Shown here: piece by piece, positions 12,501-27,500 of the stretch
Position numbering within the stretch: position 1 is the stretch's first letter
Layout: every line of letters begins with the position of its first letter
NCBI GenBank assembly: GCA_012026655.1
Contig: JAAILG010001536.1
Coordinates: 1-64,000 of the forward strand
Reading direction: 5' to 3'
DNA from: Hydrolagus affinis
Lineage: Eukaryota
Length of the DNA: 64,000 nt
Notes under the pieces: generated by a model
Told to the model about the DNA's origin: nothing
What the model saw: only the letters and a program-made list of their open reading frames with translations
Databases searched by the model: none
Position numbers and translations under genes: made by a program

Positions 12501-15500
12501 AATTTACACACAGCAAAGTCCCACAAACAGTCTTTGAGTACACGCAAATGTCACCTCAAGGCACCACTACAGAAGCTCCTTCATCGTCGGCTTCCCCAAC
12601 TCTTCCCTCCATGAGCTGCAGATCATCCAGAACTCTGCAGCTCGTGTCCTCTTCCCCACCATCCTCCATGATCCCATTACTCCCACCCTCGCCCTGCTCT
12701 ACAGCCCCACTTCACTGAGCCCATATTTTTAGCACCATAGGACACCCTCCAACATGAAAGAAAATTACACTCCCTCCGAACTTACACTTTACAATGTAAT
12801 TTTGCTATATTGGGTGAGTGTCTGAGATATTGATCTTAGCTGAGTTGATGTGTATTGGCTGTAGAAAGTAGGAGAAAAACATGAGTGGGTGAGTGCTCGA
12901 CAGGCTTACAACAAATGAGCAGAAGGACTTTCCTTGTTCATATCTTCTGAATGGTTTTATAGAAGTGTCGTACTATTTTTGCAGCCTGTACTTTCTGCTG
13001 ACATTGCATGAGAATATTCATTGCTTGAGGCAAGATTCAAGGCAGAGGTAATGAAGATTTCTATGACTGATTTCCCTGATACAGCAGGCACTGAAATAAA
13101 ACTTTTGTTAGTATGTCTCTGGGCAGTTTAATAGCTCTTATTTAGCTTCCTCGCAAATCAGAAACAGCCAAAACAACAAAATTACATTTATAGAGCGCCT
13201 TTCACGTTGGAGGGTGTCCTATGGTTCTAAACAATCAGGGATCAGGACCCAAGAGTGGGGGGCAGGGTTGGGATGAGGGAGAGCATCCTAAGGCACTAAA
13301 CAGTCAGGGATCGGGACCCGAGCATGGGGGAGGAGCGAGAGGAGGGAGAGAGTTGGGACGATTGAAAAGGAGGGTCTTGAAACCGGCCTTGGAGGCAAGG
13401 GAGGAAGCAAGGCAAAGGGACTGTGGGATGGAGTTCTAGAGTGTGGGGGCAGAGAGGCTAAAGCCCGGCCACGAATTGTCGGGCGGGGGACATGGAGTAG
13501 GCCAGAGCTCGCTGAACGGAGGGGGCGGGCAGAGGTTCATAGGGCGTCAGCAGGTCAGAGAGATAGGAGGGTGCAAGGCCATGAATGGCTTTGAAAGTGA
13601 GAACGAGGATCTTGAATTGGGAGATGGGGAGCCAATGGAGCCGGGCGAAGGTGGCAGTAATGTGGTCGCAGAGCCTGGTGAAAGTTAAAGGTTTGCTAAT
13701 CTTGCCGTTGTTTGTTCTCTAAATTAAAATGGCTTGTGTTTTTCAGAACTAGAAAATTCTTTAAAAATCTTAGAAACAAGCTCCTATATCAGTAATGTGC
13801 TGCTTTAAATAATAAAATCATTATTTACATTGATTCTGGAAAATTAAAACAGTGCATTATAATGATGATTTTGTTGATAAAATGCACCATTATGCCTTGA
13901 ACTGAAGTGCTGCAGTTCGCTAATTTCTTAGTAAGCTGTTTTTGCTAGAAATCGCATGGTATACATTAAGATTTGCATATGGTTAGATATGAATTATTAT
14001 ATTGAATATGTATAACAACAGCAACAAAATAACAAGGGGCTGGACATTCAGTGTTTCGGACCTAAAGTGAGGGGCCAGGATCCGGGAGGGTGGAGCGCAT
14101 GTGGGGAAAGAGGATGATAAGAGGAGGTTTGTGAGGTGGGTCATGAAGGAGGCAAGGCAGGGGATGAGGGAGTGAGGTAGAAGGACTCCAGGAGGGAGTT
14201 CCAGAGTGTGGGGTCATAGTGGCTGAAGGGCTGCCCAGCAAGGGTGAGGTGGAAGAGGCTGGAGCCCACTGTGCGGAAGTACCTGGCAGGTTGGTTGGTG
14301 GGAGCAAGACAATGGAGGGCTTTGAAAGTGAGGACCAGGATCTTGAACTGTATAACATAAATGACTAAGTGCTGGATATTTTAGTCTCTGTACCATGACC
14401 TTCTCCACTAAGAGCATGCAGCCAGGCAGCTGCTCACATGTCATGTGTTTTGAGCAGTCATCACCTCACCCAATCCAGATTTGTAATTGGGGCCATCAGA
14501 GACTCGAATATTTAGTAACCTTTGAGAACTAAACTTTCCATTTTCTGAAATGGCACATTTAGGATTTAAAAAAACGTAGCACAGTATGTGCAGCAAATGG
14601 CATGGAACTCTTTAACAATACTCATTCTAAGGAGTCTGTAGCTTAATCTTGAGTATGTGACGCAAATGTCAATGATCAGCTATGTCGAGTTATCCGATGG
14701 TGGATATGAGTAGTCCTTGAGAAAGTCACTGGTTGGGATTGTGGCTCTTGATCAAAAGTTACTGAATACCCTTACTGCATAGAACTACTGGAACATTGAT
14801 AACACAAAGGCTGCAATGTTCTTCTGAACACAGCTGTTCTTTTATGTTTGTATACTACATCGTTGCCATTGACAAAAGCAAAGTCCTGAGACCAAGCTGG
14901 TTTGTCAGTTGATACTGTTCTGGAATTAAATTAGTGGACAGTATGGTTGCTCAGAGGTGGTATTCAATTACTGTACTCCAATGAAGACTATGGATAATGT
15001 AGTAACTGTACATGTAAAAGCATTCATCTTCAAGGAGAGCATGTTTTTTAGTTGCTTGGAATTCTCAAGGACCATGAGAATCATAGAACATTTTAAATTT
15101 GAAATTAAACTGCTTTTTTTTAAGAAAGAAAAATCAACAGAGAAGGAGATATAGTGTTGCGACGTACTCCCGATGTGAAAGGCGCTATACAAATGTAATG
15201 GTGTTGTTGTTTACAAGCCCCTTCAAAGAGAGAGAGAGTGTGTGTATGTGTATGTGTTTTAAGTGTCTGAGACAATATAAATCCAAGTTTTTGGTGGTGT
15301 TGCTGTTGGTGTCTGGAGCAGAAGAAGTGTATTTTAGTACGATGTACTCATCTTCTGTAAAAAAAGGTACTTTCAAGGAACTGTTTGAAGTTTGAATCAC
15401 TTTTCCTCACTGTAAAGAGCCACCATTTGTTTTCTCCAAATGCTGGGGAGCCACTCAGTTGGAAGAGTCAGTACAGAAATTTGTAGGAATTGTGTGAATT

Positions 15501-18500
15501 ATAATATTGTCCTCTTCATTTCCAAGATGCTAATTAGGGAACTCATAGCCCAGTATTGCAGGCAGGTGATCTCAGCTAAGAAGCTGTTTGGTGAATTTGA
15601 GATCTGAAGTGATAGATTCTCGTGCTTTTGTTTTGTTTTCTTTTTGCCCAGCACTTATTCACTTAAGCTACCAAAGCAAAACCTAACCACATTTACTTTT
15701 TAGGTTATTGCTCTGGATATGCAGGATGCATTTTGCATCTTTTCTAATATGATATTGTACTAGGTAAAATAGGATATAGTACTGTACTTTGAAATTGTTG
15801 TTCTACTTAATGATGGAGGAAGATGATGTTAAGTGTGAGCATCTGTTTTAAACAGAGCGTGGAAGTGGAAGGACATGCTCAACTTTCTCATCCCATAATT
15901 CTGCGGATTCCCAGAGCGCTTCACAAGCACTCGGCAGAAAACCATCAAGACGTTTGCAGAGGCAGTCAAAAAATTTGGTAACGTATTCCAATGAAAATTA
16001 GTTTTTTTTCAAAAAAATTCTTTAAATAATCGCATTTTTGTTGACTATATCCTAGTAATACTTCAAAAATCCTTCAAAAATGGCTCCTGGCTGTCTATAT
16101 TCGAGAACTAAGGCAACACCAGTTGACTAATGAAAAGCTATTTTAAACTCAAAAGTTTATACTTGTATTGACATGTCAAAGTATTTCAGCCATTTAGAAT
16201 TTTTCAATCTCCACCTTTTTCGTTGCACAGTTTAGTTGATTGCAAAAAAGAACTTTCTCTATAAAGACAGATATATGTTTGTTTGTTGTTGTTGTTATTC
16301 CAGGCAGAGTGAAACCTTGAAACCAGGGTGAAAGTTTCCTTACTCCACATGCCTAATAATAATCCCTCAAGAAAAAGAATAAATTGTCATTTCAATCCAC
16401 GACTGTTTGTGTGACACTGCTGTGCACAAATGACTGCCATGTTTCGCCCACAAATATACAGTCAATTCAGTTTACACTATATTCTGTGAAGCCCTTTGAG
16501 ACATTTTGGAGATGTGCAAAGTGCTATATTAAATGCAAGGATTATTATTATATTTAGCTATAGATCTTGGTCATTTTCACCTGTTTACATTTATCTTAGT
16601 TGTGACTATTTGCAGATCCTTTTGACCTTGGTTCTTATTCGAGACAACTGTACATTTATCTGCCTTTTGGCTAATCTACCATTGCCCCCTCCAGTGTATT
16701 TCCTGGGTGTTGCAGTTTAAGTTTGTCACACTTCTTACTTAAGTCAGAGCATCAATGAGAAGAAATCGGTTCTGATTAGTGAGAGGGGAAGAACACAACA
16801 AAAGTTCTGGCAAGCTGGTTTAACAAATTAAAATGAAATTGAATGTGTACATTCATACAGAATTACAATATTTCTAGAAGTGTTTGTGCACCAGAAATAA
16901 TGCAGGGTGGTTTTAGAATACATATAGTTTCCTGAAGAATTGGAGCATTGTATAACATGTGTTTGTGTTATCCTGACTGAAATCCCTTGATAAATTGACA
17001 TATGTGTATATTTCAAACTCATTGATAATCTGGAAGTTTAACTATCAACTAGGCCACTTTTAAATACCAGAATTTTCCTTTTTCTTTTACTTTATTGAGT
17101 GGTGGTGTTCTTTGTTATTATGTACTCCTTTCCTGAAGTGTTTTGAAAATTATTCTGGAAAAAAAACTAAGTTGTTCCTGTGTTAAATCTGGTTTGTTAG
17201 GAAATGACTGAAAGCTGTCAACTGGTGGTGAAGGCAAGGTTTCAATTCAAGCAAACCAACGAGGATGAGCTGTCCTTTTCAAAAGGCGATGTTGTTTATG
17301 TTACAAGAGTTGAAGATGGAGGATGGTGGGAAGGCTCATGTAAAGGCAAAACGGGCTGGTTCCCAAGCAACTATGTGAGAGAGATCAAAACAAATGGTAA
17401 GTACTACCCTTTTGTCATTTGTTTTGAAAGATAACTTGGAGAAAGAGCATAATTTCTGCTGAATCCCTGATCTAATTGCATAGAACATCGCCCAAAGGTG
17501 ACACACACCATGCGACATAAGTAGGGTTGGCAAATATAATTTTCTGCAAGAAAAATCACAACGGTCTAAAAAGCTTGTTGGAGCATCAGTTGTTTAGGCA
17601 CATTTTACAACTTTTTGGTGAATTTGTGGATGCCAATTGTTAATCCTGAGTGGTTTGGGTAATATAAACTTTCGTTGGTTATTGACTGTGTTGCAGAAGA
17701 CCATGTAAAATGTATTTCATTCCATGTAGTTAATCCATTGTATAACCAGGTGAAATTGCTATCAGGAATTTGGGAGTTGTGTAATGACTCGTGCAGACTT
17801 GCCTAGTTTTGTACTTCAAGCAAAAGCCACAAACCAAATCTCAGATGGGGAGGGGAAGGATGAATTCTTTCTTCATTACTTCATATCAGTTACTTTTCAC
17901 GATATTCTTTCATTATGGAATTTGTGAACTTGGTATTTACTTATACTTTCACCGTCTTCTTGATCTTGTGTGTACATCAGTGCTGAGATGTCCCGGCCTT
18001 CAAACCAAGGCATCGTTTTGCATATTTTGAAGAAAACGTAACTTGATTGTCTTACAAATTAAGAATATGTTCCCATACTAGACTTTACATTCTGCGTGTT
18101 CTGCCATTAGGCCTGTCACAAGAGGATGATCTTTTCTTAGTAAACTTTTTGCTCAACATTTCAATCTACAGTCAAAATAAGAAAAAGTAAAAACCATCTA
18201 CAGTCTTCCAGTATAGATGTTAGTCATTCTCTCACTAGATTAATCCACAATGAGGGTGAGCTGTATGAAGAAATGAGGGTTGACTGAGAGAAAGCATTTG
18301 ACTTGTCTGATATATGTTAGTCTTTGTGCAACTTTGTCCCGAATACCGCAGCATTGTTAACTTCCAAGAGTCTGAGAAAACGACTATCGCTTGATCTACT
18401 CCAGGACATGGCTGCGGGTGTTTTGGATTACCTACAGAATTGTCTTGATTGGCACCTGGCTTTGAGCAATACATGTCCCTAGTATCTAAGCAGATTGTTT

Positions 18501-21500
18501 AAGTCTTCAGTCAGTCTGTCAATTACAGGAGCAACCATGGGCTGATGAAAGAGTTTTAAATTGATCTTCCCAGTCCATCAGAATTGAAATAGATTATTGT
18601 GTACCTTCTTTCTCTCGGCATTCCCCCACCCCCCACTCCCGGCATAGATTTTTCTTTTCATACTTTAACTACAGTGTGGTGTTCATTTTGGTAATGTTTG
18701 CACATTGGATTTTCTTTCTGTTATTGAAGCTGGAAATCTTCCTTTGTGCTCATGATTAAAGCAACGATGCACTTGAGGGTGAATGTTAAAAATGAATTCA
18801 AAAAGAACTTGCCATTAATAGTGATGAAGAGTCTGCCAAGACATCCACATGTTTAGTTTTAAATATTGCTTAGGGAGGAAAACATACTGCTGATTGAACA
18901 ATTACAAAGTGCTGACAAGCCATCTGCTGGTCATCGCAAATGGGTTTGTCCATTCTCTGCTACCTGTCAAAGGTCTATATATTTTGTCTTTCTGCTTATA
19001 TATTGGAGGGAATTCAGACAGCAGCAATTGATGCTCTTATGTCGCAGAAAATCAAGATAGAGTCCAAAGCTGACATCTTTCTAGTGCTATAAGTAAATAG
19101 TATCTTCATTGGATTTAGTTACAAATGATCTTCAAAAGGTTGTAATTAAATTCTCTCTATCAGTGCTGAGACAATTCGAACAATAAATGCAATTGTTAAT
19201 TATGAAATACTGTAATCTGTTGAAATAGTTTCTCATTCCCAAACTCTTAAAATAACTTGCAATGGTGCAATGATTCTGTCGTCTATTAGATATCTTAAAC
19301 ATTAAATTTCATCATAAATGTTCTAAATGACACTTCGAGTCCTGTAGCTCAGTGGTTAGAGTAGTCACCTTACAAACAAGGGACCTGGGTTCAATTCCAG
19401 GCAGGGTGAAACTGTAGGCAAGTTTCCTTACTCCACCCGTAGAATAATAATCCCTTAAAACAAAACAATAATAAATTGGTCATTTCAATCCGCGACTGTT
19501 TGTGGGACACTGCTGTGTGCAATTGGCTGCCGGGTTTCACCCACATATATATAGTCAATTCATCTTACAGTATATACTGTGAAGCTCTTTGGGACACCTT
19601 AAAAAAAAGTGGAAAGCGCTATATCAAATGCAACAACAAAATTACACTTGTATAGCGTATTTCACGTCATGAGGACGTCCCAAGGCGCTAGACAGTCATT
19701 GTTTCAGACCCGGTACGGGGAGGGTGGAGGGAAAGGGGGGGATTTGAGGTGACCGATGGGACCGTCAATTATGCATATTTTCCAAATTGCCCAGAGATTA
19801 CAAATCAATAACAACAACTTGCATTTATTTAGCGTCCTTCACCCAGGGTAGCATCCCGGGGCACTTGACAGTGGCAACGTCTGTCTCCACCCAGGGGAAG
19901 AGGGAGGAAGATTATCAAACTGTAAACCATTACCCATGAGCTGTAAAAATAAAATAATTTGGTAGTAATAATTCCAACAGTATGTTCATGTTTGGGTTGA
20001 CATGTATAGCCCTCTGAATGTTGGTGTCATGTCGATAAATTTACATATATAATATTGCATTGAATACTCTGTGGCATTTAGCCAATTTAAACATTTTATT
20101 CCTCTAACTTGTTTAACAGTTACTTTTGTTACTCGACGAAAAGGTACATTACAATTGTATTAATTGCTCAATTCTCTTGAAAAGTATTTTTCTGACATAG
20201 TTTTTCAACAATATATAATCCATTTACTTTGTAGCCTTATTGATCACAGTTTAAGAAAAGAATTGTTGCAGTGCAGTGTTGGAGTATCCAGCTGCATGGA
20301 GATCAGATTCTAAATGTGTGTTGAAGCTTTTTTTTAAAAAAGAACATTGTTTAAAAAATATTTAGCTCCGATTGTTTAAATAAGCTGTGGGCATCACTGA
20401 TCACCAAGATTTCAATGATGACAGGTCCGTTCTCTTTGCCTTCTTGGGTTGTATCTTTGATAGTTTGCTCAGTAAGATTGAGGATAGGTGATGGTTCGAA
20501 ATTTCCATGTATGCTTTAAGCAGGATTTAATCGGTTATAAATGACATGGTCCAATTTGAAAGAAAACTGAGGTTTTTGAGTACTTTTGCTGAAGATGTGC
20601 TGATGTTCTATCCAGTCGTATAAACTCTTAACTGAGAAAAATCAGTCTTTGAGCCATTAGTCACTGAACGAATAAGGGATTTGCATTATGTATTAACCAT
20701 CTCCTTTAATAATTAAATCAACTTTCATTTACGAGATAGCCCTATCTGTATTTACTTTTAGATTTCAACCTCTTGTGCCCTTTGCTACTTATCTATTCTT
20801 CTGGCAGGATTTTTGCATATTTTTGCGTTCACCATTTTCAGTCTGTGTTTCAATCTGTGGCAATTTACCTGTTTCTCTTTTGCATTTTTCTACTTTGAAA
20901 CCTAAGCAGTTTTCTAAATGTGTATTTACAGATAAGCCAGTTTCTCCCAAGGCTTTAATAGGATTTGAAACGCCTTCAGTTTGCAAGAATTATTACAGCT
21001 TGGTGAGTGCTTTGCTCAACTTCATTTTGATGCGAAACATTGCACAGAAAATGCATTGTATTGTACAAAATCTTAGATTCTGATCTGTTTGGTAGCAGTA
21101 GGTAGCCTCCTGACACCATCTGGTTTCCTCTATAGGGGTGAGCACAGCAGACAATGACCCAGTTCTGTCTGTGCTGGATGAACTCGAAATGAACTGTGTT
21201 CTGTATTTGCTTAAACCAGTTGTCTCCAACCAGTTGATCTCCCCTGGTGGCATCTTGCTCCTGCTCGATTTTAAAAACTAGGAGGAGTGATATTTACTGC
21301 AGTTTAAACAAAAAAAAGTTTATTTTCATATGCATGAAATACTTTGTGCATCTGTCTTTGTTTTCACTCAGACTAAATATGTATGCAGTTCTATCGCTCA
21401 TTCCTCTTTCTCTATTTGATCTTACTCAGCAGCACCACCAGAGATAGACTGGTAGGCCGATCTTTGGCTCAAACCACTGCACCTTCAAGGCTGTTGGTCA

Positions 21501-24500
21501 ATGTATTTGTTACGGATGCCCTTTCTAACCGCCATCCCACATCAAATGTAACTTAGCATTGTGTTGGTGCAACATGCTGATGATATTAGGCTGTCGGGGA
21601 TTTGTTGAGAAGAAAGCCTGAAAGGAAAGATGGCAGTTTAGACCATGAGTTAACATGGGCAACTGTTGATTACTCTTGAACTCATCATGGGAACAGACAA
21701 TATTCCTTCCCTTCCCTCTCCTTGTTTCAGATAATCATTAAATTAGTATCTGACAGAATAGGCAACGTTTTACAGATTAGAATCCTGAAATGCTGTTTCT
21801 ATTTAATACTGCCATACAGCTACACTCATTTTCATCCTTCGGTTGATGAGCAGTGTAATTTCACATATTAAAAAGAATGACATTTCATAAATAATAGAAT
21901 AGATTTCCTGTCTTAAATAGGTTTAATGCGCTTTCATGTGCCACAATGAAGCATTATTTCTATTTATAGCCTAAGTGGTTTAGAAAGACCGTTGCAGGGA
22001 ATATTAAGAGGAAATGGCATTACATATTCCAGTTCGTGAAAGAATAATAATGCCTTATAATATTCCAGTATTTCCTGTGCCAAAATATTAATTTTATAAT
22101 TGATCTGCAAACCATCTTCCAGTAACAAAATAGAACACATTCTGCAGGGTTTTTTGGTGGGGGTACAAGGCAAACATATCAGGAACACTGTACACTTTTA
22201 AGACTAGCGCCTACCTTACTTGATATACCTGTTAAAAATGTAGCCTAATTCAGTATAAACTATACAGGATAATCATGAGTTCTTAGGCACAGTTCCAGAT
22301 TGACAAAATAATGGAAAAGATAAGTAAACCTTTTCTCTCAAAGATGATGTCTACAATCAAATATTTGACTCTTATCTTTAGGTTCTCATAAATAAGACTA
22401 GCTGCTGTTCATAGTTGCAAATCTAAATATATCAGTTATCTACCACATACTTGTGCCACTTCTTCGGTTATTGTAAATATTATAAATGTCTTTTTCTCAT
22501 TCTAAAGGTTATACAGAATATTGTGGAAAATGAACGAGAATATGCAAAAGAGCTGCAAAATCTCCTTGGCACATACCTGCGATCATTACAAGCTAATGAC
22601 AAGTTAGTAAGAAACAATCATTTCTAAAATGTTGAAAATCGATTCTACGGTTTGTTATGAAACGTATCAAACCTTGAGATTCTCAGTGAAAAGCTTAGCC
22701 AGTGTACTTTTGAAATAGAATAGCTGTCACATAAATGCTTTGTTATGTATCTTAAAGTGGACAATAACTAAATTCAGCTAAATATGTTGCATTATCATTG
22801 TATGAAGTAACCTAAAATTATTACTACAAATCTGCTTGCAGATATATTTGAAAATTTGTCATGTGAAATTGTGGTGCTCAACCAGGTGTGGTCGAGTCCT
22901 CTATTTCTTTAGATAACTATTTTAGTTAACAGGTTTCAGTTACTTGGCTGCAATCTTTTTTGCCTGCCAGTCTTTTTTCTTTAAAAAGCAAGTGCTGTGA
23001 GACACCGTCCGGTGTGGGGGCACTATATAAATGCAAGTTATTGTTCTTTAATTTAAGACTTTCACCACACTTCGTATCATCAAGCATCATCATCATTTTG
23101 ACTGATGCATCTTGTGGGAATCCAGCCAGAGGCCACTATTTAGGGAAATTCTAATATTGCTCATTTGTATTTTTTTTTAGATTGTCTGCTGTTGATATTG
23201 CTGCGTTAAGAGGAAACTTGGAAGAAATTTGCACCTATCAGCAGACACTTTACCAGGCTTTAGAGGAATGTGCAAAGTAAGTTTAAAAATACTGAATTAC
23301 TTTACTGTCATCTCTGTACATCTTGTCTTTAGTCACTGACCCTATGAATCACTATAAGATAAAGAACTGATGATAGATCAAGGTGCATGAATACAGCCAG
23401 TTTTCAGTTGTCAACTACTTCACTCTAGCACTGATTTTTTTTCCTAAAATTGAACGTCTGAAATAGCTTTAAGTATTATCCTGGGATTACTTTTTCAACC
23501 TGTCAATAGGGATTCTTATGCTGGAAATGACGTCAACAGTGACTTGACATTCTGGAGGTTGACAGTTTAGTAGAGTTTACTATTAAATATATTGACCATA
23601 ATTACAGGGGTAAATGAACAAGAACAGGCTTCAGTTTGCTTCCATGAGTGTGTTACAATAATTGTAAAGTAGCATGTGGAGGCAGTGCCTCCTTGTGGTG
23701 GGTAGAAAAAATTGACATTATTACAATACAGTAACAGTACAATTTACACTTATACAACGTTGGGAGGATGTCTCAAAGCAGAACTCAACTGGCTGGGCAC
23801 CCAAGCAATTTTCTTTGGTGGGATGCAAGAGGAATTAAAGCAATCTGGTGATTTAAAATCCAAGAAGTTAAAACAATTAACAAGCATTTAGTTGGGCTCC
23901 TAAAGTGGCTGACACTGTTTGTGTTCCCATAATAAAGTGTACACTGAGAAGATAAAGACATAGTTTCCCATTATTGCTGGGATGGTTCAATCTAAATTTA
24001 AGAGACTTGGAGATGGATAAAATGCATTTTCACAAAAAAGATGAATTGCTTTCACTTCCACTATTCCCTGTAATAGTAATAATCCTTGCATTTGATAAAG
24101 CACTTCTCAGAATATAGAATTAGTTGACTGTATATTTTATGGTTGAAATGCGACTGCCAATTGTGCACAGAAGTGTCCCACAAACAGTCATCTAGGCAGT
24201 TTTAGTAACAAATATTGGGTAAATCCATATGAAATGTTATTCTTCAGCTGTGTCAGAATTGCCTTAGTGATTCAGAGCTCTTTCCCCTGACACAAGACAT
24301 AAGCCACAATTATTATACAAATTGCTCCTATAATCTAGTTATTTGGCTTTAAGGTCATGTTTGAACTTCCATTAGCATTGCCTGTGTAACTTGAATTTAG
24401 ATTAATTGTTTAAGGTAACCTTTTACTTGTTTAATTCACAGGTTGCCAGAATCCCAGCAGAAAGTTGCCGGATGTTTTCTTAACTTGATGCCTCAAATGA

Positions 24501-27500
24501 AATCTTTGTATCTTTCATACTGTGCCAATCACCCAGCAGCTGTTGGTGTTCTCACACAGCATCGGTAAGATCTACTATAAATCAGCAAGAAATATTTACA
24601 GAGGTTTTACTTTTGATGCAGCTGATAGCATTTTGCACTAGGTATGTGTTTGAAAAGGGAATTGGATATGTAAATGAAAAGGAAAGATTTGCAGGTACAT
24701 AGGGTAAGAACAGCAACAACAAAATTGCAATTATAGAGCGCCTTTCACATCGAGAGGTCATCCTAATGGGGAATGGGACCAATTAAATAACTCTTTCAAA
24801 GTTGACACAGGCACAATGGGCTGAATGACCTTCTTCTGTGCTGCATGATTCTATGATATGGTGCAGTATCTTGAGCGCACCATAAGATTTGTTTCATATA
24901 AAAACAAATTCAATGAGTTGTAAGCAGTCATAATTTATTGTGAGATGCACTGGATATTGTGGGAAATAAACAATCAAATGTGATCTTTAAATCAAATGCT
25001 AAAAGAAATTACAGAACCCTCCTCTGCAGTGCCTGTAATTTAAATGAATAATTTTGGAATATTTGCTTAAAACTGTATGGTTTCAGGCAGTAATTAAATG
25101 GAACACATTTTGGCAGATTCAAAAAATTTAATGTTATACTATAGCCCACTTAATAGATGAACAATTTGCCACAATAGGTAACGTGACTGTTCACACAACA
25201 CCTCTCACATTTATTGATATAATTTATATGGGGTAAATAAGAACTGCATTTTATTATTTTATTATCTTTTGCTCAACTGTACTTTTCATTTGTTTAAAAC
25301 ATTAAAATGGTGAATAAATTATTGTTTTGAAAGTTAAACTCAGGTTTCTAACAATGGGAATTATTTACCTGCAAAAATACAGTCACTACACTTCACAAAA
25401 CATCTTGTGAAGAGCTTTAAGATCTCTTGTTATTCATTATATCCCATGTAAGGATTTTTTTTTACTATTTAGTGTAAAACTCCTTAGGACTGTGAAATAA
25501 TGCATTAGTTTCTACTGAGTTGATTATATTATTTGCACACAAGATGGTGCTGTAGGATATCCAAAGCCCCTATCGCACAAAAAGTAAGACATTTCATTGC
25601 AATTATAAAATATATTTTTTTAGTAGTTGACTTTTGGGCATTTTTAATTTTTTTTATCATCTCAACCAATGTATACAATAATGAACATACTTCAATCTGT
25701 GTTTGTTTCAGGACCATTAGTTTAACAACAAAATTACATTGGTATAGTGCCTTTCACATCAGGAGGATGTCCCACATTCAGCACTAAATACTTATTCTTG
25801 TTACAGTACTTTGAAATCTTATTAGGAATTAGTTATTCTGATACTGACCATTGGGTTTCAGTGTCTGCCTGTAATGTTCCCTCTGAAGGAGCAGAGAAAG
25901 ACATTGTAAAGAAGTAAAAGTTCAATTGCATGATTCTTTATCTCTCTCTTCCTTTCCCTCCCCCACCCACTGTTTCTGTTGTGGTTGTAATCTTGCATAA
26001 AAATGAGTATTAAAGCCCAGAATATTGAGGTTAAGTGGGCTGTCGTCATTTGAATTCCCCAAAATAAATCTTTTAGCAAAATGGCATGAAATGAGCAACA
26101 GCAATAACCATAAATGACACTGATAAATTGCAGAGGAATAATTACAAAAATAAGTTAAACAAAAGTAAGATTAAAAAAAAATTAACTGCTAAAATATATC
26201 TTAGACACATCCGGGGATTTTTAGCATTTTAGTAAGTTGTGCGATTCCTGATGCAATTGGAACTGTTTTTTGTACATGTCCAGAGTTCTGCATCACTTGC
26301 CAATGGAGTAGACTACACTAATAGTGAGTTGGGATGTGAAATTGTGGAGTAGGAGGAAGAATGAATTAGTTTCTGAGGGAAGGGAGGAATATTTTCTTGC
26401 CACTTATACCTGTTAGTATGATTAAACAATGGGGATGGGAATATGGTGCCAATTAGAATTGTCAGTAGTGCTGCCTGGTTACTTGGAAAGCATGTGTAAC
26501 ATTTCTGCGTAATAGTTCTCCACAGACCGTGAAACACCTGCTGCTTTAGTAAGGAGTTATAGTTAGATAATAATAATCCTTGTATTTGATATAGTGTCTT
26601 ATCACGTTGTTGAGAAGTCTCAAAGCACTTCACAGAATATAAAGTGAATTGATTGTATTTTGTCGCCAATAGCGCACAGCAGTATCCCACAAAGAGTTGT
26701 GGATTGAGTGACTTTCTTTTTGGAGGGATTATTACCCCTAGAAAAGCCATCTGCCAATTGACTTAACAACTGGGTTTTTACTTACTGCTAGGTAAACAGA
26801 ATAGTGTGGAGTAAGGAAATTTGCTGGGAGGCGAGTTCTCTGAACCAATAGGTTACAGGACTAAATGAATGATAAAATGAACTGCATGCCTACTCTTTAA
26901 TTCACTATATTAAGAAATAACAAGAGCAGATGTTCATTTGAACCTGCAGACAAGAACATTTAGTACAGACCCCAGTTTCATAAATATTTGATTGCACTTT
27001 AATATCACATGTGTTCAGGGTCTCTGACATCATTGTGTATTTGCGCAATGTCTTAACACATCCCTGGCATACGTGGAGCAAAGCAGACCTATTCAGAGTC
27101 AGTCGGGAACATAGCCTGAACATGCCAAGTCCACCATAGCATGTGTTTTGTTATTCGTTACCAATATTTTGCATTGTTAGTTGTTGAGCTCCAGCACTGT
27201 TCTACACTTGCAGGATGATGCTGCATTGGGCCACGAGGGAGGCAACTGAATACAATTGAGTTCGTTGAGGGCATTCAATGGGAGACTTTTGTTGTTGACA
27301 AATGACTACAGGTTGCCTTCATGCAATCATTGGCTGAAAAACACCAAGTAGCAGCTGAATTGTGTCAGTAGAAAATCAAATCTAGAGATTTACATATAAA
27401 TAATATGAACATGGCTGAGGTATTTTGGACTATTGATGTGAATCTTATCAAGCATTTGAACCTTTTTTTTGTCTCCCGCATAGTGATGAGTTGGATAAAT

